64,000 nucleotides of DNA from Camelus dromedarius (taxonomy: Eukaryota). The DNA lies in contig NC_087437.1 in NCBI RefSeq assembly GCF_036321535.1, positions 119,538,001 to 119,602,000 of the forward strand, written 5' to 3'. Shown here piece by piece: positions 38,393-47,910 of the stretch. The notes below the pieces were generated by a model. It did not search any database and was not told the DNA's origin. It saw nothing but the letters and a program-made list of their open reading frames with translations. Positions within the stretch are counted from its first letter, which is position 1. Each line of letters starts with the position of its first letter. The position numbers were made by a program, and so were the translations under genes.

Positions 38393-38672
38393 TGCTCATG
38401 GCTTCACGTATGTTAAAACCAAGGCAACTTTAAACTGACACATCACTCCTCTGCCTTGTTCTGAAGTAGAAGGCCTCTACACACACAGACACACAACTCT
38501 CCACAACCAAGCAGCATATGCAGATGTAAAAGTTACAAGGGTGGCCTTCCCTCTTCTGGCAGAAATCCAGCAGTTCCTAGGGAAGAGAAAAGAGAGAGTT
38601 TGCCCCCAAACAGCCTCCCCCAGCCTGGTTTCCAAGGTTGGGGGAGGGGAGGGGCTTGGGCCCTTTAAGAGC

Positions 38673-38679
38673 TGTGTGT

Positions 38680-38727
<48 letters not shown>
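38673..38727. repeat. (TG)n microsatellite
   Basis: ~20 perfect TG units. Confidence 0.95.
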
Positions 38728-41562
38728 CATGGTCCCCAAACTGCTAAACAGTCTTATCAGCAGCGTTGTTCTTACTGAGGCACTTTACCTTCACAGCTTG
38801 CCTTTTTCCCACCAACTTCCCAATGCTTCAAGGACTCTGTGCTGGTCCTGAGCAGGCGTCTGTTGTTCCTTAAGACCTGCCGTCAGTTCTACTCCCTCGT
38901 CCCTGCCTCCCTGGCCACGTGGATTCCTGGCTGCAGAAAGGTGTGGGGCGGGGAGGTGGTCCAGGTTACTGGGAAGCCCAAACTTCCCTCCCTGGGGCCT
39001 GACGGGGGCGGGTGCATGGTGCGTGTTGGGGGGGATATGATGGGGGGACACGACGGGGAGTGGGGCGTAAGTGCAGGTCTGCCCCAGGTGGGTTGTGATG
39101 TTGGAGACATCTCACTCTCCTGGGGCCTTGCCCTCTTCTGTCCCCACCCCCATCCTCCCTCATCTTCCCATCTTGCCCTGCACCCTAGAAGGGAGTGGTA
39201 CCCCAGCCCCCCCATCCACACGTGCTGTCTCAGCTTTTACTGCACCTCCCCGACCCCCAGCCGCAGCCAGCACTGGGATTCACTGGGGCTGTCCTGGGCA
39301 GACCCAGGCCAGACAGTGCAGGCTTGGGCTTAACTTCTGAAGCTATTTGGTTTCCTCAAGTCCTTCGGGCCATCTTCCACCAGCATCCAGTCTGCCAGGT
39401 CCCTCCCACAAGCTGCCTGGGCGCCTCCCCCCGCCCCCAGCTGCGCTCCACTGTCGGAACTCATATGGGTTTTGTGATTCTCGGGGAGGACCTCTTTCCC
39501 ACCTGTAAGGGGTGCTGGGCAGTGCTGCTGCTGAGGCGAGGATGCCCCAGTTTTCTCCCACGCTGGTGAGCCTGAGGGCCCTGGCCCAGATGGTGGAGCC
39601 ATAAGATCACACGTCCATGCAGGTGGACACCAGAGGAGGTGGACCAGCCATCATGGTCATGGGTTGAGGATTTCTGTGTTATGTGCTGCAAGGGAGGGGG
39701 TTGCAGCCACTGGACCTCTGTCATTTCACTCCCTCAATGGGCAGGAATCCAGAGAAAACAAAGGAGGTTGTCAAGCAGCAGTGGATTAATCCATAAGGAC
39801 TTTGGGGTTTACTTAACATAAAATCTGGAGGTGGATGGTGTTGTGGTCAAATCAGCAGCTCGGGGACGTGAGGGCTCTTGTTCTCAGGCTTTTCTTCATT
39901 ATCGCAGAATGGCTGCCTGAGGTTCCCCATCACACCCTCATACCACCCAACATCCACAGACGGGCTGCAGAGGTCGCCCAGTGCTGCTAGAGGAAGCTCT
40001 TCTCCTACCAAGAAGTAAGAGCCTCTTCCCAGAACCTTCACACAGGTGCCGTCATCTGCCTGGTGGGCCAGAACGGAGGCCCACCTCTGACTGAAAGAGA
40101 GGCTGGGGGAGTGAGCATTTTCCTCCGCTCCTCACAGAGTGGAAGTTAGGTGAGGAAGAAGGGAAGGAATGGATGGCCAGTACTGGGAAATAGGCCTGCT
40201 GGGAGAGGTCACGGGGGAAGGCCCACCTCTCTGACACTGGGCAGTGTAAGAAGGCACGGGGGACGGGACCCACTGGACTCCCGAGAACACTTGGGCCAAG
40301 GTCCTCGGACAGGCCAGCAAAACCCAAAGGACATGCCATAGACCCAAGGCCTCCCTCGGTCCGCAGCCGTGGGTGCTTGGGCACCCCTCCATTTCCCCAG
40401 CTATAAAGAGGGGCAGGAAGGTGGGGGAGGGAGGGGAAGGGAGACCACAGTTCAAGACGTTACCTACAGGGGCTGTGTAGGTTACAATCACACGCTGCAT
40501 TTCAAAAGGGATTGGACTAAATAAAGTGAGCTTATTTTTATCTCCCATCAGCAGCCAGAGTGTGAGAAAGACCAGATTTGCTATGGATTTAAAAAAAAAA
40601 AAGAAGCAAAACTTTCTCTGCAGATTCTCAGGTGAGGGAAAGCCACGGTGACCTCCAGGCACACGCACGGCAGGACGTGTGCCGTTGCACACACATCTGC
40701 AGCCGTGCGTGTGTGCGGGGGTCCCCACCCTGGTGTGTCCGCACGGGCAATGTGTCTCCCGGCCCCCAGGGCGGCGGTACTTGCTGGACCTGGTGGCCAA
40801 GGGTTGGGGGAGTAATGAATCTACTGGCAAATTTGGAAAAAACTGGTCATGCAAGGGGCAAGGCCTCTTTTCTTCTTCTTGGGAACCAGCTGGCTGTGGA
40901 GGGCAGGAGAGCTCAACGAACAGCCTGCTGGTTGTGCCCAGAGTGGGGGCAGCTGGGAGGGGGCGTCTGGAGCGACGGGCTGGCTGGGCTGAGCTCCCCG
41001 GAGCAAGGCTGACTGCCCAGGGCGGGGCTGGGGCGGCTGCTCAGGTCCAGCTGGCTCCCTTCTGCCTTGTCTGTCAGTAATAAGGGGACAAGTGGCCTCC
41101 ATACCCCTCCCTTTTGTTCTGTTTTCCAGTTCAGAGCTCCAGTGCTAGGGAGCAGGTGGGTAGCCGGTTTCCTCCAGCCATCACTCATACTGTCCTCTGC
41201 AACTGTTTTGATTGTAACACTTTACATTTTGCTACAGGTTTTCTCTCCCGAGCCAGGTTCCGTTTGAGGAAAATAAAGACATTGGAAGGCAGCTTTATCA
41301 CCTGACCATGGGAGGCGCGTGGGCAGGGTCCGGTGCTGTCTTCTGCTCTGACAGGGCTGTGCTTCAGTTGCTTCTCTGAGACTGCAATCTAATGGCCTTG
41401 GGCGCGACACTGATGGCCGCTAACCCCCGAGTCAACCGAACACGGTTACACGTCACTCTCCCCGGCCCGAGACAGTCTGAGTTAATGTGTAACCCGGGAC
41501 CAGAAACCAGAGAGGGGGGTATTGCGTGTCTCCTTCAAAGAAAGGAAAATCATTCCCATGTT

Positions 41563-41610
41563 TTTATTTAAAAGAACTGCAAGCACAGAGTAACATTCAT
41601 CTCTTTTAAT
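41563..41610 (-). terminator. TFF1: TFF1 poly(A) signals: ATTAAA (41605-41610) and a second AATAAA (41563-41568)
   Basis: Two hexamers ~170 and ~215 nt downstream of the stop. Confidence 0.75.
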
Positions 41611-41781
41611 TTTTAGGCCAATTTTGAGGATGAGGAAATCAGAGCAGAAAATCCAGGCGGTGAGTTCAGGCAGAGAGGACCCCAAAACGTCCGGCCAGCG
41701 ATGGGGCTGAGCTCCTGGTGCCAGGCGGGCAGAGGCCCCTGCCCGCTCCGGACGCGGGTCCCGCTGGGAAAGTGTCTGACA

Positions 41782-41792
41782 CTAGCACTCCT
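41782..41792 (-). CDS. TFF1: Trefoil factor 1, coding exon 3: (E)EC-stop
   Basis: ccttgcag|AG GAG TGC TAG; phase matches exon 2. Confidence 0.9.
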
Positions 41793-42253
41793 CTGCAAGG
41801 GCGGGGCGTGGGGCGGGGAGATGCGTTAGTGAGGGGGAGCATTCTCTTTCACTTTTAAATAATTACAGAAAATTTGCTTCGAAGTATCAACAGGAAAATT
41901 CTTGGATGAGAAAACACGGATGGTCTTCGTGTTTTAAGGGCTTTCTGTCCACCCCCACCCCAAACAGGCCGGAAACCAATGCTAGGGAGGGTTCTGCACA
42001 GCTTTCTGGTGAGAGATGGGAAGGGAAGCCAGGAAAAAATACGGTTCTTCACCCGACGGCCTTTCAGACCTGTCCTCCCCTCCCCCAGCCCTGGATTCAG
42101 ACTGATTTGGGCAAAAAGATTTCTTCCCAGTCACCCCGTGGCCATTACTGTGAGTAAAAACACAGCTGGTGATTGGGATTAGGGTCCCGGGGTCCCACAT
42201 GGGTGTTTTCTAGTTCTCTGTCTTCAGAACTCACAGTGCCGTCATGGCCTTAC

Positions 42254-42406
42254 CGTCTGTAGGGTCACCAACGGGCTCGGGATAGAAGCACCAGGGGACT
42301 CCCATGACTTTGTTGTCAAAACAGCAGCCTTTTTTTTCACAATCCGTCGCCGTGATCCCGGAATAACCACAATTTGATCTGCTGTTGGGGTGCACCTGAC
42401 ATGTCT
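42254..42406 (-). CDS. TFF1: Trefoil factor 1, coding exon 2 (trefoil domain, 153 nt)
   Basis: (E)TCQVHPNSRSNCGYSGITATDCEKKGCCFDNKVMGVPWCFYPEPVGDPTD; tttcag acceptor, gtaagg donor. Confidence 0.97.
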
Positions 42407-42644
42407 CTGAAAGTGCGCAGGCCAAGAGGCGAAGGTGAGTGGTGGGCTGAGTCCTCCCTGTTATTACCCACCCTCCAGTCGGCCTCCTTTCCCCAGTTAA
42501 AGCAGCGACCAGCGGCACAGTGGGTGTGGACGGTGGGCTCCAGGTCCGAGAGGGGATGCTGTCCTCGTTTCCTGATGCGGAAACCCTTAAAATCTGGGCA
42601 AGTGCAAGGTGCCCGGGATTTGCAAACTTTGTACCTACTTAGAT

Positions 42645-43260
42645 AATTTATTCACTTACTCATTAATTTCAACAGTTATTAACCTGTATTCACCCAATCA
42701 ATATGATCTGTTGAGCACAGTCTGCGTGTGCTAGAAACAGAAGCAAGCACAGCAGAGACGGAGAGGGATCTGCCTCCTCTTCCCCTCAGGGATCAAGTCC
42801 ATGTCTGGCCCTGTGCTGGGTGACGGGGACCCAGAAATTAGAGATAGAGAAGTCGTTGTTAGGAAGCAAATGGTCTAATGGAGGAGGAAGCCATGTAAAC
42901 ATGCAAAACAGCACAGTGCAACCCGCCTCGGGCCAGCCCAGGAGGGCCAGTGACAACAGGCTGAACAAAGCAAGGAGGGCTTCCTGTAGGAAGAGGTTGA
43001 CCAGGTGAGGATGAGGCAATGGGTGTTCCAAGCAGATGGAGCAGCGTTTTCAAAGGTGGTGAGGAGACAGCAAGGTGCGTTCAGGAGGTGTAAGTCCACG
43101 TACAAGTAAGATGGAGAGTCGGGGTGGGGGTGGTATGGGGACTGGGGTGGACAATTTCAGCCCAAAAGCAAAGGGAGCCACTCAACAGCATAAACCAGGA
43201 GAGGGGTGACATCGCCCGAAAGCAGAGAACATGCAGGAGAGACGGCCCGCCGGCAGCAAC
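42645..43260 (-). mobile_element. L2 LINE remnant in TFF1 intron 1
   Basis: ttattcacttactcattaatttcaacagttatt start; gagggcttcctgtaggaagagg; ggagccactcaacagcataaaccaggagaggggtgacat. Confidence 0.6.
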
Positions 43261-44057
43261 CACGTGCTCGGACGCAAGCCCTGAGGCTGTGGCCCCGGGC
43301 CGGAGTCTAGGTTGTGAGAAGGCACGCCTCTGGGCCTGGTGGAGGACAGGTCCAGGCAGGTAAGAAAGAGGAGTCTCGAACCCTTTCTCTGTCTCTGGGG
43401 GGCATGGAGGGTGGCGGCTCTGCCCTGCCAGAGGGCTCGGAGGTGCTCCTAATGGACGCCGTCAGCCGGGCCCCAGGGAGAGGCCTGCCTGAGCAGGTGC
43501 TCCATGCACTGGAACAGAGTCTGTCCCTGGCAGGAGGGTGGAGCAGCCAGGTCTTGGGAGCATGGAGAGGGAAGGAGCCAGAACAGAAGAGGGAGGAGAG
43601 CCAGAGAAGGAGCGGGACGGGGACTCGGGCAGAGGTGGTCACGGGCTGGCCTCCACCTGGAGCTTCGTGCTCTCAGAAAACGACAGTCCATCCAAAGCCC
43701 AGTGGACGCGGGGCCTCTTCTAGACTGAGCGGGCAAGACGCCCGCGCTTGGTCCTTTGTGGAGTCCAGCTAAGTGTCCTAAAGCTGAGCCCGCATCATGA
43801 GCTGGTCTCCGTGAGTTTTTTCTTGACATCTGAGGATCACCTCCAGCTTTCTTTGAAGGAAGCGTTCTCTGGCTTTGCAGAAAGATCTGGATCCATCTCT
43901 CACTGGTGGGGTGGCCTCTTGGGGCCATCAGCCTCCCGGGGTCTGGCCCCCTACCGTAGAGCGGAAGTGACCATTACTCAGCCCACAGGGCAGGGAAGAG
44001 GTACAGGTCAGGGGGAGCGGTGTGTGCAGAGCTTGGACAACAGTTCTCGTGTCCTTG

Positions 44058-44573
44058 TGTAACAGGGAAGAAGAACAAATCTGACTCCACATGAGATCTG
44101 TTCCTTTGGCTCTAACCCTGGGCTGTTTCCTGGGCTTAGAAATGCTGGTTCTGCACCTTTTGTAAAAGAATGTTGACTAGAGGCTGAAATAGACAGGAGA
44201 GCCCTGGTTTCAAGGCTCTGACTTTTAAGGATATAACACTTTTCCATTTATACAGAGATTAGAAGTTGCAGAGCAGAGAATAACATTTGTCTCGTTGAGG
44301 GTTTACAGGGACATCTTGACCTGACCCACGTGGACAGCTGCAAGAACCAAGGATTCCAACACCAAGGAGTTTGTGACAACCAAGCACACCCCCTCCCCTT
44401 TTTAGTATAAAAGGAGCCTGAATTCTGACCTGGGGAGAATGGTTCTCTGGGACATTAGTCCCCCATCTTCTCCGCCAGCTTTCCGAATAAGGTTGTATTC
44501 CTTGCCCCAAACCTCGTCTCCCGATTTATTGGCCCGTCGTGGGGCGAGCAGAACGGGTTTGGACCCGGTAACA
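44058..44573 (+). mobile_element. Solo ERV LTR, family B, in TFF1 intron 1, antisense to TFF1
   Basis: TGTAAC...GTAACA termini; tagtataaaaggagcctgaattctgac TATA; colinear with the reverse complement of 53820-54331. Confidence 0.85.
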
Positions 44574-46011
44574 CTCTCCCTCTGGGCAGGACGAGATGCA
44601 GCAGCCCCCCCGGGCGAAGGGCTAAGCTTTGCTGGGCAAGCTGACCCCCTCCCAGCTGGTATCCTAATGGGAACTGAAGATTTCCAAGCACAGGAGTCCG
44701 TCTTGTCCCCTACTTGCTGTTGCTTGACGGGACTGAATGGAAATGATTTCCATCCAGGGCTACTCTTGTAATCGGACAGAATTTTCTAGTTTTCTGTAGT
44801 CACAGGATCGCTGACCCCGTGAGACCCGCAGAGAAGGGTTGAGCCTTGAGCCTGAGGGCGGGGACAGGCGGGGACAGGCGGGCTGCTGGCAGTCGGGCGC
44901 AGTGAGTGGGCCGTCCTGGCCTGCGGTGAGGGGGCCCAGGGCCAGGCTCAGCAGGACCGGCTGCACAGACTCCTGGGGCCGGACAGTGTGGTGGGCAGAG
45001 CTGGGGCCGCGGTGGCAGGGACGACGCAGACTGGCTGGGGGCAGCCGGGAGCAGACCACCCTCCTTCTTCCCCACAGCAGAGCCGTATAGTGCCCTTCAG
45101 GTTTTGAAGCTCACCCCCTCTCCTTGCCTTAGGCTGTGGGGCCTTCCTCCCCACCCCAGATGCCTCGTCCTCTGTTCCTGAGTCATGAGGTCCTTGGAAG
45201 GTGCCCAGAGATGTGTGGGAACCATCCTGTCCCCTCTCTTCAAGCCTCTACGGGAATTCTCATTCTGAAATCTTTGGAAAACCCTTTTCCCACCCCCTCT
45301 CTTTAAAGTATGCCTAATAGCAGCAGGTAACCTTTAGTTAGCACGTGGTTGCTTTTCTCAACCTGCATCACACTTGATTTTGCTGACAAACCCTCTAAGG
45401 CGAAAGACGGATTCCGTTCTGCAGATAAAGAATCTGAGACACAAGCAAGCTCTAAGGAAGCCGTGGTGCCCTCCCGCCTTGATTCTCTCCGTTGGTGACA
45501 CCACGGACCAGGCATCGATGGGACACACACCAACAGGACGTGTGGTTTGGGTGCCATGGGGCAGGGGGCCCAGGAGAGCCCACAGACCCTGCCAGAGGGG
45601 CTCCCAGGGGACGCCCAGCCCCAGAGCAGGCCCTCGGATGCCTGTGTGGACTTTGAGTGGGTTCCAGCCCCTGGGGCAGGGTTTGGCTTGGACTTTTGGG
45701 AGAACCAGTCTTAGTCCCAACATCAAAGATGGCTCTTTGAAATGTGGAACTTCCGAGCAGCACAATACTCTAGGCTCAGTGCTGCAGGCAGCCCCCCCCC
45801 TCTTTCTCACAGCATTTCCCGAAGCTTCCACAGGCCCCCTACCCCGCCGCTACTGTCCGCCTGTTCTGCCCTCCAAAATCTTTCTAGGACCTAGAACAGC
45901 ACCTGGGACAGACAGCGCTCAGCTCAGAAATACGGATAATGACACCCTGAGTCCTGCACAGAGACGCACGCCGCGGGCGCACCCACCCCGGGGCAGGACC
46001 TGCTGTCTTAC

Positions 46012-46087
46012 CGCCCTCGCTCTGTGCCAGGCTGCTGAGCGCCAGCGCCAAGGCCATGACCAGGACGCAGATCACCTTGGGCTCCAT
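46012..46087 (-). CDS. TFF1: Trefoil factor 1 (pS2), coding exon 1 (signal peptide, 76 nt)
   Basis: MEPKVICVLVMALALALSSLAQSEG, then G|gtaaga; spliced CDS 76+153+11=240 nt = 79 aa + stop. Confidence 0.96.
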
Positions 46088-46160
46088 GCTGGCCGCAACC
46101 TCACTCCTCTGCCCCGAAGGAGACCACGAGTCAAGGCTGAGATGCGTCCCGGCTCTCGGT

Positions 46161-46490
46161 CTTATACCGCAGGCTGTTTGCTTAAAGAGGGTCAGATACC
46201 GTTTGCCTAAGGAGGGTCCCCCAACCCTCCGCTCCAAGTGGTTAAAAGGTGTTTCCTAAATGCAGCCAAACCAAACCAACAGGTTGGCTGATAGAGAAAA
46301 ATGCCATATCATATGGTCACCTCGGGTGAGGGAGTCTCCTGAGTCCAGCAGCTGAGCGTATCAGAGACCCTCCTGCTAAAGTCAACATCGCTTACTAATT
46401 CGAAAATGATTCATCATGGCAGACACCGGGACAGGCACAGTGTGTCAGCAGTGGCTCCCGGGTCCCCCCCAGCGTGACTCAGGGAAGGAG
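46161..46490 (-). promoter_or_regulatory. TFF1: TFF1 promoter: TATAAG, FOXA site, two AP-1-type sites
   Basis: TATAAG 46161-46166; TGTTTGC 46175-46181; TGAATCA 46407-46413; TGAGTCA 46475-46481. Confidence 0.8.
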
Positions 46491-47369
46491 AAGGGCCAGC
46501 GCCGCCCACCGGCCTGGCCGGGTCCCTGTAGGGTGGGCATGCAGCCGCCTTCCATGATTTTAAGAATCCATGTCTGGAGGGACAGCTGTGCCTGGACAGG
46601 ACGAACAGAGAAATACGCGGGCCTGGGCTTCCCACCTCAGCTTTTCCCCACTCGTGTTATGTTAGTCTTTTTCTTGGCAAATTTGTGTGTGAGCAAAGCA
46701 CCACTGGACCCCTCACCACTGGACCCCTCACCGGGAAGCACGGCGCCGTCCTGAGGGCCGGTTCCAGGCGGCTCTGGCATTGAAAACTCACTGGTATTCA
46801 ACATCCCACTCCAAGGAATTGCCGGAGCATTTTTACTTATTTGTCTAAATTACTTTTTTTTGGCTTTTTTCCTTTCGCAGTGGAGTCCTTTCCAAAGCGA
46901 GGTTGTGTAGAGGAGGGCCAGTGTGACACTGATGACGCAGAGGGGGTTTCCCTCTGGGGGGCCCCTGCGTCTGGGGGCTGGCGCTCCCAGATCCTCCTGG
47001 CGGCTTCCCTGATGCTGAACTGACAGGACACCTGCGCCCCCGCGCCCCGGGCCCCTCCCCTGCTCCGGACCTCCCTGCCTGCCTGGCTCACGCTCACCGC
47101 TCACCGCCTTCGGCTTACACGCTCTGCTCCTCGCCTCTTGCCCTCCCCCCCAGCACCTATGACAGTGTCTTATTCAATCAGTGTCTGTTGAAGAGTGAAT
47201 GAACGAATGAACAAACGAATGAATACAGGAGACAGGTTTTGTCTTCACTGCAGGGTTAAGCTCTGAGGGGGTGAGCCTGCCTCTGAGAGATACTAACTTT
47301 TCTTGGGTGACCTGGTGAACAAGTCTTGGCGGCCCCTCTGGGAGGGGAGCTGGCTCAGGCCTGGGGCCA

Positions 47370-47620
47370 CGGCGCTCTCTGCCGCGCTCACCCCGAGCCG
47401 AGCGAGTGAGCGGGGTCTCTGGGAGAAGCCTGCTGCGCGGGGCGCAGGGAGGGGCCGGGGCGCAGGGACCCTCCGTGGAGACGGGGCGGAGGCCGCCGAG
47501 GCAGGGCCGGGGCTGCGGGTCTGGGCGGCGCCCGGACGGCGGATGGCCGGCACGCCGGCCTCTCAGGCCTCGTTTCTCTCAGGCGTGGAGACACAGAGTG
47601 TGCGACACTTTGGAGAACAA
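47370..47620. promoter_or_regulatory. Small CpG/GC-rich island ~1.3 kb upstream of TFF1
   Basis: Dense CpGs and a GGGGCGG box by eye. Confidence 0.45.
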
Positions 47621-47773
47621 GCGGTGACATCTAGTGAAGCTGAAGCTGCACAGACTGAGAGCCCAGCGGTCCCGCTGAGCCTGGGCCTGGTGCTCACAGC
47701 GGGGAAACCCTCGTGCTCGGGCAGAAGCAAACAGAGACAGCCGAGCCTTGCAGCGTTGTCTGTGGTCGCTTTA

Positions 47774-47910
47774 AGGAAGGAAGGAAGAAAGGGGGATGCT
47801 TAAAAAAAAGGAAGAAAAAGGAACGAAGGTAGGAAGGAAAGAAGGAAATGAAAGAGAGAAGGAAGGAAGGGAGAGACAGAATGGAGAAGGAAGGAGCGAA
47901 AAAGAGGAGA
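47774..47910. repeat. Purine-rich (GGAA/GAAA) low-complexity tract
   Basis: aggaaggaaggaagaaaggggg...gaaggaaggaagggagagac. Confidence 0.8.

Noticed and set aside
45374..46210. 278-aa + strand ORF
   Set aside because: Antisense shadow of TFF1 exon 1/intron 1; no domain.
46699..46732. 15-bp direct duplication caccactggacccct x2
   Set aside because: Simple slippage duplication with no recognisable motif.
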